A stretch of DNA of 64,000 bases from Bigelowiella natans CCMP2755. Taxonomy: Eukaryota; Protista; Cercozoa. The notes beneath the pieces are model-generated. The model was not told where the DNA came from, did no database searches, and saw only the letters and a program-made list of their open reading frames with translations. The position numbers were made by a program, and so were the translations under genes. Below, piece after piece: positions 12,700 through 30,718 of the stretch; the stretch's first letter is position 1, and each line of letters opens with the position of its first letter. The stretch lies in the NCBI GenBank assembly GCA_000320545.1, contig ADNK01002519.1:1-64000 (forward strand), in the 5' to 3' direction.

Positions 12700-13310
12700 A
12701 TGGCATATCCGCACGTACGATACGTGAGACGGATGTAATGAAGTGATTAAATCTTTTCAATGTTCACATCCTAATGTAGCTATGCAAAGCACCGGCTACA
12801 GTACTTAGGTTGGGTCTATTTGCCTCGTCTATTAAGTGTTTCATGCATTTGAAAGCATCTGCATCCTGTCGTCGATGTATGTCGTGCGGTGCGCACAGTG
12901 GTCCGTGCCTCTTTTTCAGCGTACGAATATACATAGCCCACGAGGTTGATTTGTTTGCATGTTGATTGTAATTGCATCTAGCAGCAGCCACATGTAGCTA
13001 GGTAGGGGATAATGATGCGTGCTAGCGTGCTGCACCTACGATATGCGTCGACTTGTTGCATCATGCTAGCAAGGCTTGGCGTAGCATGCGCTATATGCGC
13101 TCGTGCGCAGCAGCCTGCCATTATTGTTATTGATCATGCAGTGATTTCGGCTATTTAGCATGCATCGCGCAGACAATGATGTGCTAAGTGGACATAGCCC
13201 ACGTTATGTTGCACTGTAAAACTAAAGTTACACAATCACATGCGAAAAAATGAAACTGTCAATTTACCATGCTTCGCATGTGACCTTAATTGTGGTCCAT
13301 TACTGCACAC
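12700..13310. other. Convergent-junction palindrome-rich tract 2
   Basis: gctagcgtgc, catgctagc, gcatgc, tgca clusters between stops at 12608 (+) and 13362 (-). Confidence 0.75.
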
Positions 13311-13361
13311 GTAGTTTTGACCTCTTCAGAGCTTATTCTGAAGTCTCCTTCCTACAGCAAT

Positions 13362-15150
<1,789 letters not shown>

Positions 15151-15524
15151 AGAATCGATGGTCTTTGCAGATGGTGGCGCCCTCCCCATCCTCCTTGTGA
15201 ATCTCCACTGTTTAAGCTTAAGCTCACTACTGTGGAAATTGTAACCCGTGTTCTAGCACAGGTAGAATGAATGAATGATGATGAATGTGTACACAGCAAC
15301 TACTCTGCTAAGCCCTGGCTGCCACCGTTTCCACAACAAGTACACGTGGAATCCAGCCGACAAAGTAGCTAATTCAAAGCGGTCTTCGTAAAAAGCATTG
15401 GATTTTATTTGTTAAATAAGTCGATTTGTTGTCGCATGTGAAAATTAGTCACCGAGATCCAAAATTAAAAATCCAGGAAATTGAATTTCCTCTTGTCACA
15501 TTTGATTTGTTTTCAACGGATCCA

Positions 15525-16580
15525 TGGGTGTCATTCCGAATTCTGTAGATTGCAAAATTGTGTCAACGACAACAACAACTTGAAGTCGCATCCTTTTCTT
15601 GTCCCAAAGCCAAAATTCACATCCTCTTCAAACAATTCTTGAGCATTGTTGGGTGCCCCCTCGGATCCGAGTGTGGATCATCGCATGGACGTTGCTTTCA
15701 GGAAGTTCCTGCTGAGAGTGGACGTTTTGCCTCGCCGCCACACCGCTGTTGGTTGTGTTGTTCCGTGATCACTGTTGGTTGCATGTTCCGTGATGGTTGG
15801 ACGCATTGACAAAAAAAACTCTCCTGATTCTCCAGTTTCAAGTTGGTCCTCACTTGAGCTAGTTCGAGGCACTGCGTTTCGCACTGCAAACGTCTTGCAA
15901 CTTTTTAGAAATGTAGTTCATCATCATTGCTCATTGTTCATTGTTCTTTCTCATTCACTCTTTCTTTCTTTCTTCATTGAACCCTCAACTTCGTCTGGTC
16001 GTGTCCTGTGCGGCGGACGTGAAACGTGACACAAACCCTCAAGTTTGGTGTTCTAGTTGATTTCTGGGAGGACACAGATGAGTCAGCGTGTCCCATGCAC
16101 CTTTCAATCGCTCCGTGACGGAACAAGTTCACAAACTCATTCGTCATGCGTTCACGCTGGCACGGTCTCGCTGGCGGCTCGTTTGGGAGGAAGTGGGTGA
16201 GTTGGCAAACGCTGAGATCGTGAGGTGGCAATGCAACGCCCAATGGTTCTTTCAGCTGCACCGTTGCAATCACTTTGTTCATTCATGCTGAGTTCCTTTG
16301 TTCGTTCATGTGTTCCTCGCTAGCTCGGTTCGTTCGTTCTGCTTGTTGATTCCAGATTTCAACTCCACCGCTGGACCGTTTGAATCAACTCATTCGTTCA
16401 TTCACAACTCTTTCAGGTCATTCTGGCACTTTCCTGCTTTCCTAGTTTCCTTGGTGGTCGTTGCAAGAGGAAGTGAATGAGTTGACACTTCAAAGGATCA
16501 TTTTCCCGCCACTCCATCTGGTGCTCAGCATCTTTGGGCTTGCGCTTCATTGCTAGGAGGCTGTCAATTTGGATGTGACA
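15525..16580 (+). pseudogene. TpA-depleted relic; possibly a decayed spliced + strand gene or a transposon remnant
   Basis: Only 7 TA dinucleotides in 15541-16500, all followed by G. Plus-strand intron-like signals: gtgagt 16197; ttctttcag, tgattccag and ctctttcag acceptors; degenerate (TTCA)n/(TTCG)n. No intact recognisable ORF. Confidence 0.35.
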
Positions 16581-17200
16581 GGGCGGATCGATGCTGCAAA
16601 CAGCTGCTAGACAGCTTTCTAGCTTTGTGTTTGATGCAATCAGGCTAGCTAGCTAGCTAGCCGGAGGATGATGACAGTTGGTCACTGTCATCTAGCTAGC
16701 TAGTCATCATTCGTCTAGCATTGCAAACTGGCGTCTTGGTGAATGGCACAAACTACTAGCAAACGAAAGAACCCGCTAGCATGTGAGCATGCGGTGCTGT
16801 GCGCAGATCCCCGCCATTTGTTTGTCACCGTGCTAGCGTGTGCATGCATGTATAGCATGACTCATGCTAGAATGTGAATGTCATTTGATCAACAGGGTTT
16901 CAGTTTTGTGGTGTCAAAAAAGCCGAATTGCATAAATTGCAAAAGAAGTGTTGCAAAATGTTGCAAGCGCCGAGCAATGCTACTACAGACAGACGGTGCG
17001 GTGCGCACGACCAAGCTAAGCTCTAGAGCTAGTAAGGGTAGGTGAGCTTGAACATGACATTCACTAGTTCACAGGAACTTCGATTCCAAATGACTTAGCA
17101 TTACATCACTATGATCTAGAAGTGTGCCATTGTCATTAGCACGATGGATGCAGGATCTGCAATGTTTGACAATTGTGGCAACCTAAGTCTGAAAATCGTA
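16550..17200. other. Palindrome-rich tract 3, downstream of the ARPC2 stop
   Basis: gctagctagctagctag, ctagctagctag, gcatgcatg etc. Confidence 0.8.
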
Positions 17201-17249
17201 TGCTAATAGCAAGTACGCAACGTAAATCATACTCAACGCTCATGGCGAA

Positions 17250-18203
17250 TTAAAATCTCTTCTTGAAAGTCCTTCCACTGGCTGTCTTTTTGATTTTCTT
17301 CTTTGTCTCTCCCGAATAATCAGTTTTAGCTCTGTTTAAGACTTTTAAGAACTCTTTCACCTTTTTCCTCATGCGCGAATGGAAGAATGCCTTCGAGCAT
17401 TTAAGGTGGTATTGCAGGAACGAACGAAAATTTATCAATGCTGCGGTAGTGGCTTGCATATCGGTCAAATGGATCTTTTGAATTGAGAAGCTGATAAAAC
17501 CCAAGCCTCCTTTCTCCTCCCCAGATAATTCCTCCGGAGGATTGAGGGAAAAGTGCGCCGGCGGGGCTCTTGCAGCCTTCCGCCGTTGAACATCCTTATA
17601 GTCTTTCAAGAAGATTGAGGCAACTTCCAAATCCACCGGATCTTGCAGTGAGAGTCTCATAGTCACTGTAACACGCTCTGATCCGGGAATGAGGTATATC
17701 CTGGTATCAGGGCGAAGGTCGAAGGAAAATACCTCTGTTTTTGGACTTTTTGTTAGTACGCCGTTAAAATATTCTATGAACGGCGCTGCTAGTATTGTTT
17801 CTTTTAGCGATGCGATGGTGGATGTGATCGTATCAATTGGCTGTCCTGGGGACATCACATCAACTGCCAAGGAAACACTGTAGCCCTCTTCTGTGTCGGT
17901 AAGAAGGTTTGAAAACTTTTTCTTTAGGACGTCTTCCACGCCGACTTTCGAAATCTGATCGTAGCAGGGAAGATTGAGGGATATGGTCATCGTTGTTGAC
18001 TTTCTAGGATTTAAGGAAACTTTCCACGAGCTATTCTCGAAGTCGAAGAAAGTCATCGCGACAGATCCTAGCTTTTTCTTTTCCTTTGAATCCAGATTCG
18101 GATCTTGCTTTTGCACCTCCTGTGCCAATTCAAGTTGGTGTTTGACCGCTTTCTCTAGGATAGGATGGGAGCGGGGGAGGATGATCATTCCATTTTCTGC
18201 CAT
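17250..18203 (-). CDS. ARPC2: Arp2/3 complex subunit 2 (p34-Arc), intronless CDS
   Basis: 317-aa ORF: MIIL start, FFDFE, ERVTVT, ASIFL, PPEEL, GFISF, FRSFLQYHLKCSKAFFHSRMR, FLKVLNRAK, KTASGRTF. Confidence 0.95.
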   Translation of the reverse strand: MAENGMIILPRSHPILEKAVKHQLELAQEVQKQDPNLDSKEKKKLGSVAMTFFDFENSSWKVSLNPRKSTTMTISLNLPCYDQISKVGVEDVLKKKFSNLLTDTEEGYSVSLAVDVMSPGQPIDTITSTIASLKETILAAPFIEYFNGVLTKSPKTEVFSFDLRPDTRIYLIPGSERVTVTMRLSLQDPVDLEVASIFLKDYKDVQRRKAARAPPAHFSLNPPEELSGEEKGGLGFISFSIQKIHLTDMQATTAALINFRSFLQYHLKCSKAFFHSRMRKKVKEFLKVLNRAKTDYSGETKKKIKKTASGRTFKKRF

Positions 18204-19314
18204 GATGATCTATTGAATATGCAAAAGAGCAGCTTCTATTGCACCGTGAACACCGGCGTAAACTCTGTGAAGGGAGGAGAGGCACGCTCAGATTCTTTGC
18301 ACTGGTTTAATTTCAGCATCATGTAAGAAAGCCCGTGGAGCGATAAAATAAAAATAGAGGGATTATGTAGCCAGTTTGGCTGAGTAAAATTCATATTTAA
18401 TGAGTAAAGCCTAAATTTCTCAATTGTTTGAAACACAGTTGGATCTGAATGAGGACTATAATTCTACCGATTTATTATTTCAGAGAGAAATGTAGAGAAG
18501 GCAAAGAAGTGATTTCAGGATTTCTCCTCAAAGACATTAATCATTTTTGGTCGAAATCGCATGCAATTTCCCTACATCCCTAAATTGATACTTTTACATC
18601 AGAACGACAAATGTTTAGCATGTTGTTTCATGCATGTCTCTTACTTTCTTGTGCGCCAGATTTATTGAACGACTTTAAAAAAAGATTTTCAAGTCATAAA
18701 AGTTAGACATTATAAATATTTTCTGACCTTGTTTTTGTGTAATAACATAGAACGTCAATTAAATTTTGTTGGCTCAGAGTTAAAATAGATATTTTTCATT
18801 CCCACATTCTCAGATTCGGCAACAACGAAACGTGAAGTTGAGCCTCAGCACAAAAACTGTCCTTACCAGTGAATCGGTTGGTCAAATACCGTAGATAATT
18901 TTATATTTCAATGAAAATTGGTAGTCGTATATGCTTATTTCCGTACTTTTTCGAAGTTTTAACTGGCGGTATGAAGTGAGTTTGGTTTCGCAATCGACAC
19001 GAAGTGTGGCTGGCTGTGTGTCTCTCACAAATAATATTTGTCTATTTCACACATCCAGATTGTCAGCCCGCTCGCAAAAGGAGGGCTGTGCTGGGAGAGA
19101 ATATAGTTTGCAAAGAAGGAATTTCTTAACACATTCCACATCAAGGAGGGGAGATCCCACGGGTGGCAAGAGAAGAGGCCAGGGGCGTAAGTGCGATAGC
19201 TAGGATCCTTGAAGCGCGTAACCGGGGACTGAGCTGTATTTTTAATCGGATAAAAACTTTGAAAAGATTCTACAAATACATTTGGACAACCATTTACTTG
19301 TCTAGGGGGGGACT

Positions 19315-21855
<2,541 letters not shown>

Positions 21856-22019
21856 GTGAGTGAGTGAGTGGTAGAAAATTTGAAATTACAGTTTGCAGTA
21901 TTGTTTAGATCCAGTTGGATGCATATTTCGGATAATTTACATGGGGGATAAGAAGTTTGCTCCGAGACAACATTATGTCTTTAACCATGCAATTAATCAT
22001 AGTACATATCATTTATTCC

Positions 22020-22380
22020 CAATCATCTAGTTCATGCTTTAAATGCTGCTCGCTAGTGCTGTGCATCGCAGCGCCTTGGTAGCTTGACATGCATGCGCTT
22101 ATCTAGTTGTTCTAGTATTGCTGCCACACAATGCAACCACATCAATAAGAGCGAGAGATCTACATACGTGAAGATGTAGAGTCTGCTAGCCTGATTGTAG
22201 TGTAGTCTAGTAGTAACTCTGACAACGCTTATAATATATACGCTCTCATCAGCTCTGCACGCAACATCCGACAGGCAAATTCTTATGTATTCGATTTTTA
22301 ATAATACTGTTGTAGCTTGGCATTCGCAGCAGCATACTGCGTAACAATTGTTCTAAACAAGACTTAGCTTCAGCATGCTA
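22020..22380. other. Convergent-junction palindrome-rich tract 4
   Basis: ctag, gcatgc, tgca clusters between the SRPK stop and the 3' end of the NHL gene. Confidence 0.65.
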
Positions 22381-22495
22381 CGACTCTCTCTCTCTCCCCC
22401 CCCCCCTCTCTCTCTCTCTCCCTCTCTCTCTCTCTCTAGAATATGTTAAATTTCGCCGATCTTGACCGAATCAGCAACACATCCCATCAACGATC

Positions 22496-24822
22496 TCACG
22501 TGCTTCTCTTACGCTCAGCGGACGGGTTAAATCCCAAACAGACACACCGTCTTTTGTAACCTGCATTTATAAATATTTCACGTTTGACATGAGCTTTCTT
22601 GACGACGAGAATAATTTGACTATATTTCAGAGCTACCTTCTTGATACACTCATATTCAGAATCTCCCTGTACACGAAGAAGCAAGTGATATCAGAGAATA
22701 ACCAATCGATGAGGTAAATACTTTCGACAAGCTAGAAAAAAATAGTCACGACTGATAATTTAGTAGTTTCATCGCATCTAATACAACTTGTCTTCATTAT
22801 CCATATTTTGAACATCAACAGTCATTTTTGTTTATTCTCCAAGTATGATACTACCACAAATAACCAATGGCCAGCAGCTTCAGCGCAAAGGCATGTTGGA
22901 GAAGGAAATCTGTACGAGGGACAGCTATCAAATTGGTTTTATTTGCAACATTTTGTACAAATGAATTGTATTTACTCGATCTGAGGACGAGGAATGAATG
23001 AAATCTTCGGCCGAGATCCTACTCCTGATTCACCATCATCATTATCATTATCATCATCCATATTCGAGCATCCTTCCAGGTGATGAACTGAAAATTGAAG
23101 GCTTTGGAGGTCATCTGGGTGGTATCGTTTCAAAGCACGAATTGAAGCTTGCCCTTGATCTGCGATGAAAAACTGATCCAAATCTTCCGCGTAACTGATT
23201 CTGCAGCAAAATTGTCATCTAATTTAGTCGACTTCTTCTTATAGATACGTTGATTGCTCTCAAAATGTCACTCCCCTCCTCCTCCTCCTCCTCTAATACC
23301 AAAGATATCAAATTTAGATTTTGTTTCATATGTACCCGGAGATTCTGTAAATATCTCGTTCGGTGTATTTTGTGGTCTCTAATTGGATCGTTGACACATT
23401 TACAAGCGTTTGTCTCGCTCCTTGCTGCAGCAGGCACTTGCATATTTTACAGCTATAAGGTGCATTATTTGTAGGAGTAGTAGTATTGGCGACGGTTGGC
23501 TCTTCTTGAGCCTCTACTTCGGTCTCAAAATAAAGCTGACGTATGCGACTGTTGCCAGTATCTGCAATGAGAATCGATAGTGAAATATTCAGTATGAACC
23601 CGCCATTGATATCAATGCCGCTGCTGTCCTCCTCCTTTCCACGCAGCTTCTTGCGTTTGTAGATATATGATCCCTGGCCTGCAATATCTGTTGGAGAGCT
23701 AATTTTTTCGAACCGACGCCAACCACGCACACACAACACACATACGCATTCATTATTTGTCATTATATCTGCTATGGTACGATTATTCAGTCGGAAATTA
23801 TGTGATATTGTTAACATGATCAATCTTCTCGCAATCAGGATTTTAGTTTGATTTTCTTTTTCCAGCAGCACAGCAAAGCTAGGGACATAGCAAAGAAATT
23901 AAAACCCGGAATTTTGCACTTTATTTACTTTAACATACATTTCCATCTCCTTGATCGAAAAACTACTGGTTATTTGGCAGTACTTGAATGTTGCAGTGTT
24001 GCCTGAACCATCTACGAACCCTGCCTCACCATAACTCCCGCCCACAATCACCATTTCGCCTTTTCCGTCTTCATGTAAGTGCAGCGCACGGATTGTATGA
24101 GAGCCTGATGTTGCTTGATTCAGATATATCTTGGAGGAGAAGGAGGAGGGTGGAGAAGAGAGAGGAGAGAGCAGCTGCTTAACTGCAGCAAAGGTGTCAT
24201 CAAGTTGATTTTCGTTGCTCCCATCCCATCCCCCCCCCTACAAATTCCACATTCACCATCACTGAAAGCTTTTCATAATTAACTGGAGGATGACTCTGCT
24301 CTTTTGCAGATTTGAGTATGATGTTCGAAAGTTAAGGTGAAAAGAAATGAATGTTGTCATTTTGAGACATCTTATCGGTCGTACTGATGGTTAATTTCGT
24401 ATTTGCTTTCTCTCAAGTCAGAAACAATCTCAAACATAAAAGTATTAAATTGTAGTATTTTATATCAAATGGGTGGTACCTCTGTCGGCCAAAAAAACTA
24501 TCGAATCATTTATATGTGGAATGTCAAACGAGAGGATTCCTCGTGGAAAATTCAATCCATATGGATTAGAGTTCCCTTGCATAGTAGGAGTATGGAGACA
24601 TATAAATCGAAGGGGAGAAAGAGAGAAGGGGAGGAAAATAGGAAAGGAGGAAGGGAGAGGTAGAGAACATGCAACAATTTGGCGCATGAGTTGTGTTGAA
24701 TATATGGTGATATCTTGCACAATTTGAAAAGTACCTTCTTCTCCCCACTCTTCTTCAATTCCCCCTGCAGCAGCAGCAGTTTGGGAAGTAGTAGCCCTGA
24801 CACTTGCCACTGTTGTAACCTC

Positions 24823-24859
<37 letters not shown>

Positions 24860-25984
24860 TGTGTTCCTTGTTTGATGATATAGGAAACGATAGTGGTTAT
24901 CTATCAATCTATGACCTTATCAGTGATTCGAATTCTACGTACCCGGTTATTACCGGTATCAGACACGAGTAGATACCGGTCCCTAAGAGATTCATAATAT
25001 AGCGTGTAACTCTGTGCGTATTTCAAAAATATATTATCACTGTTATTACCTGTGCGAACAAATCCCCCCTGGACTTAAGAATTTAGCGTCAGTTCCAACT
25101 CCATCTATATATACATACATACATAAGTCTAACTCCATCTTTCTATACATCTTTGTATACATATATACATCCATACATACATACATACATACATACATAA
25201 GTCTCTCCAGAACTTCTATGCTTACAAATATGACGACCTTCGCTACCAGGAGAATCCATACTACCTGCAACATCTTCTACCTGTTGTATTCCAAAATCAT
25301 GTATGTATTTGTATGTGTGTATGTGTATATGATTAGTGAGAACAATGCTGCACTTTGCTTGTGTGGTTTGTTGGAGGAGTAGCAGTATGGAGAAGAACTA
25401 CCTTTCCATCATGGAACCTAACGGATACTACCCTATGCCTTCCATCTGTTCCATATATAATACGCTGAATATTCTCCTTCTTATTATTCTTCTCAGCACA
25501 CAGGCTAGTTGGATCGAGCAATTGGGAGTTTCCTTTTCTTCTGTCAATTCTTCCCTTAATAGTCCATAAGGCGTCATCGAAAGCCCCCCTAAGGAGGGAA
25601 GGAATATTAGACTATGTTTTCAAATTTGACGACATGATGTGCATATAGTCATTGGAGGTAATATGGTAGTACATTCTGGACAAGCTGCTTCTGCTGCTGC
25701 TGCACTCATCATCATCATCGTTGGTGTCTCCAATATGTTCCCAAACAGGTCTTGAAGAACGACGACAATGCTCAAAGGAGCACTCATCGTCAATTCTCTG
25801 GAGGGGTAACTCTCCTACTTCTCTTCTCCTCACTCTCTCCGTTGTTGCATATCTTCTACTTCCATTTACGAACGGCTGTTGAGACTCGTCGGCTGGCCTC
25901 TTGGCCCCTCCCTCTCCTGCAGCATCAAAACATCTATCATTGCTTTAGCTCCCTTACTCTACCAGTTTTCGATAATTCGCATCA
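22496..25984 (-). CDS. NHL-repeat (beta-propeller) protein; both ends uncertain
   Basis: Spliced exons: LLDPTSLC...IYGTDGRHRVV, VAGSMDSPGSE/DGVGTDAKFLSPGGIC, LLVSDTGNNRVRRI, LNFPRGI...VFLADR, ISSPTDIA...ILIADTGNSRIRQL. Confidence 0.7.
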
Positions 25985-26335
25985 TGAGTTTAATGCAGTA
26001 TTAAAAGATTCGTGAAATCTTCTCTCTTCGCATCCATTGTGGTTTAGATGAGCAACGTCGGTCCTTTATCTCCGAGCTTGTTCATCGACAATTCGACAAA
26101 TTTTGAATCTGTTTTAAATTTTAGGGTTATATTCGAGGAGAACAATGGTCATTTTTCATCTACGACAAATCAATCTAAACTGTCGCATCTTTGTATTTAT
26201 GTGTGTTTTCAGTACCGTTGATTTTTTTTTGTATTGTTTCATTGAGGTTTGAAAAATCATTTTCGTAATCAGAAGAGGAAAGAATACATAGGATGTTTGT
26301 CCGTGTTGTAGTTGTTGTTGTAGTAATAGTAGTAG

Positions 26336-26366
<31 letters not shown>

Positions 26367-26395
26367 GAGCAGCCGAAACATATTTAGCGAATCCA

Positions 26396-26934
26396 ATGGC
26401 GTCGGCCAGGCAACGATGCCGCGGCCTTCTTCTAGCTCTGCTGACAGCAGCACTTCCCAGAACTCTTGGATGGGCGGATTGGCTCCCAGGTTCGTTTTAA
26501 GTTATGACCAAATCTTATTTGTGGTCTTGACATTGATCCCCTGTTTGTGTTGTTTTATGATCATCATCATCAGAGTCACAGCCTTTTCCCCACTACTTCG
26601 CCGATGACCTCAACGATAGAAACTTTGTAGGAAAGATTGATTGATGATGTTTCTAGCTATACCAGGCGTATTATGCACGTGCAGATTAAAGAATTTTGAA
26701 GGAGTAGGGAATGGCGGAGAACAATACTGGCATGCCTGATAAGTGTGTATTATATGTGTATGTATGTTGGTGACATCGAAGGTCAATGAAATGCGCCGCA
26801 ACCCTGACGAGATTCTATTGGTCGAGTTCTATGCTGATTGGTAGTAAGAAGCACATATTTTTGTTGACTGTTATCTACTGCATTGGGATCGCTTTATGTT
26901 TTTCGTTGCGTCCTCTCCTCCACCGTCGTCAGTC

Positions 26935-26968
<34 letters not shown>

Positions 26969-27445
26969 TTTCTTCTCCTTCTTCCAACCTCTTCTTCCAC
27001 TACCTACAAAGGTGTCCTCACTGCCAACAATTTGCTCCCGACTATGAGCGTATTGCTGAAGCTTATAAGCACACAGGACAGGTATTAGTGCATGGGATTA
27101 TCCTTGCTCTTGTCCCATGCATAATCTGAATTTCTCTCGTCCTCCTCCATTTTACAACATCACAGATCCGAGCATGCAAGATTGATTGCGCTTCCAATGG
27201 TCAAAGAATGTGCGATCAGTTCTCTGTCAAGTTCTTCCCCACACTGCTGTTTGGCTATGCCGATGACTTTGCTGCTCGAGCAAAGTAACCATTTATAATG
27301 TATGTTACAATCCTTTCTGCCTTTGAACACCAGTGGTATTATCCAAAGGTTTAAGAACGCAACGAGGCCATTGGAAATACCTTCTCAAGTATTAATATTT
27401 TAAAGCATAGAAATATATCATATCCACACAATAACACATCATATG

Positions 27446-27478
<33 letters not shown>

Positions 27479-28375
27479 ATTCATTTAGGACATTGGCCAA
27501 ACAGCTGAAAACATAACATCATGGCTCAACCATCAAATTGGAGGTAATTATCAAGATAAATGTAGTTGAATTAACATATATATCATCCATCCATCCATCA
27601 AGTAGCGGAGCATTAATGATAGAGAAGTAGTATAATTTATTCCTGCTTCTTCTTTTTACGTTAACGTGTCAGGGATTGCTGAGCTGTTGCCTTTAAGACA
27701 ATTCCAACAAACGATGAAGATGAAATTGGAGACCGAAGCAGCTCGATATGTGCATCATCGCAGAGTGAGCACAACTCTGAATTATTCGTTAATCGACTAG
27801 TAGTATGAAATAAATGATTAATCTTGATTATTATTATCATTATCACTATCATCATCACTACCAGGTCTTAGAAAATCATGTTAATATGTGGGATGTCAAG
27901 TTGGCCACGGCAATGAGTCTTTATAACATGATAACACTTCTCCATTATGATCCAGCAGGACAGGAAGTAGAGGTATATCATATCTTATGGCCTCTCTTTT
28001 AATATACCTTCACCATCATCATCACCATCATCATCATCGTCGTCTTTTGCACATGTACTTATGCAACAATTTGCAAGAAACAGCATAAATTGACGATGTA
28101 TTGTTGTCTCCATCGTCATCGTCCTAGTCGAAGGGCATGCTGATAGTATGATTATTATGTTTTTCTTCAGTAACATGATGACGATGATTATATATCATGA
28201 TGTTATTTCGCAGGATGGTGCTGAGAGTGGAACAGGAGGGCCTGGGCCTGGAGAAAGCAGACAAGTACTCGTAGTCAATATCATCAGCCACTATACGAGA
28301 AGCACCAGTAGCATCTTACCCCCTCCCCCTTTTCATTATTTCTGTTGTATGTGTAGGCACATTATTTATACCCAG

Positions 28376-28410
<35 letters not shown>

Positions 28411-28451
28411 CCATCTTCACCATTCACAACTCCCTACTAATGTACAAAATA

Positions 28452-28485
<34 letters not shown>

Positions 28486-28522
28486 GTTGATAACAGGCTG
28501 ATCTTGATGCTGCACTCGGTAG

Positions 28523-28555
<33 letters not shown>

Positions 28556-29133
28556 AACCAGAAGAAGAAGAAGAACAAGAGCCATACATCATCATTATCA
28601 TCATTATCATCATCATCATCAAACATCTGCCTCCCTCATTCTTTATTCTCCTGACCAACCACCACCTATTATCGATTTGCCCTGCAGTGTTAATTGAAGT
28701 AATTTGGGTGTCATGAGTAGTAGTAAGTCGTCATCACCCCTATCGCTATTATATCATGTATGCATTCAGGATTTCTTGATGCACTCTGCACGTCTTATCC
28801 AGACTATTCTGCCCGGTGGGTAGTAGTAGTAGGAGGAGTACAAGTAAAAGTAGTAGTAGCAGCAGCAACAACAGCAGCGATTAACATGAGGATGATAGAG
28901 AAGAATGAAGATAATCACTTTGATTTGGGTATTGGTGTTGTAAAAGTCAAATGACAAGTGAAAGCATATGTACTACCACTACAACTACTACTACCACTAC
29001 TACTGCTACTACTCTTTAACTACTACTGCACACGACAGTGAAATTGTTGATATTAATATCAATACGAACAACATCTAATTAGTGCCACGTTTTGCTCCAT
29101 GGGAACGTTTGTGGAGACCCAGAATACGGTATT

Positions 29134-29165
<32 letters not shown>

Positions 29166-29413
29166 ACTACGGCTTCTTCTTAACTGCATCTTCTTAATAC
29201 AGCTGAGTTGTGATTATGTTATTGTGTTATCATCATCGATGATGTATGAAGGTTGCTGTTGGAGATCGAGTCGTTATTATGGGTATTATTAAAGAAATAA
29301 TGACTATGATAAAACCAATTATCGATGATCAAAAGAAGAGTGTTGCATTGCTTGCATCATCGAGCTGGTTGAATATTTAAATGTGTGTGTGTGTGTGTGT
29401 GTTCTTATTACTT

Positions 29414-29445
<32 letters not shown>

Positions 29446-29887
29446 ATATTTCATTATCATCTTCAATAGCCATACCATTTGAGTTGGTTTTGTTATTTGT
29501 TTATTATGCTGTAAGGAATGACCAAAGCACGTGCTTTGAACGGCCACAAAGGATGGGTGAAGGCCTACAACCACACAACAGATCGGTAGTAAGTACGAGG
29601 AGAATAGTATCATTCATCGAGCAAATAACTAAGGGCTGATTATGTGAGGAGGAAAGCTGTGAAGTAGCATAGGCACAACAAAATGACAGCGTCGGTTTGA
29701 TGATCGTGTGGAGAGAACATAAGGATTCTCATCATATGTTTCCTATATTCTCTCCTACTCAGCACTCGTAATTTATCTTCTTCTAACAACCCCCCTCTCC
29801 AAAACAAGGTATACTGTTGATATGGGTTTAATCTGGGGTCAAGTGAAAATGAAGCCAACCAACGTTCGTCGGGTAAATACTGCAATA

Positions 29888-29920
<33 letters not shown>

Positions 29921-29977
29921 AACACTGTGAAGTACATCAATGGATATGACACCGACTAGTACTAATGTCATCATTCA

Positions 29978-30025
<48 letters not shown>

Positions 30026-30686
30026 TACTACTACAAATGCCAAAAGGTTGCTCAGCTGGATGGTAGTGTGAACGATTTTTTCTCTTCATCGGAAGAAGCT
30101 TGGGCTGCCATTGAATCACGGTTATACGCGCTGCATGTACATCGTGTGACGACGGATATGATGATGGTGATGATGATGGTGATGATGATGACGATGATGA
30201 TGACGACGATGACATCAATGATGTAGGTACACCATTGCGAATACACGATGGATGGACTTCAAAAAAGGTTGGAAATCATGCAAGGGCAGTTGGGGTCATA
30301 CTAGAGGCTATACCTGCGGATTGTGGACATTGTTTCATACCTTACTGGCTAATGCACCCGACGATTACGCTCCTAATGTGCTTCTGGCTATAGAAGGGTA
30401 AGTAGTAGTACCCATCCTCTTCCATCATCTCAAACCACACTCCTCATCATTATAATCATTATCATCATCGTCTGTATAGCTGATATATCATTCTCCATTC
30501 TGAACCCTCTCCACATATCTGATGATAACAGATTCGTCGCACGTTTCTTTGGTTGCGACAGTTGCCGTCGTCATTTCTTGGCTATGAGTGAGGATATCAT
30601 CCTGCTCTCCACCAAGGAGGAAGCTGTACGTACTTTAATGACGAACGATCTTCTTCTATACAACGATGATGATCATGATGATGATT

Positions 30687-30718
<32 letters not shown>

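Noticed and set aside
15974-16282. Minus-strand 102-aa ORF as a transposase fragment
   Set aside because: No DDE, RT or HUH motif, terminal repeats or target-site duplication recognised; long ORFs are expected when TA-starting stop codons are depleted.
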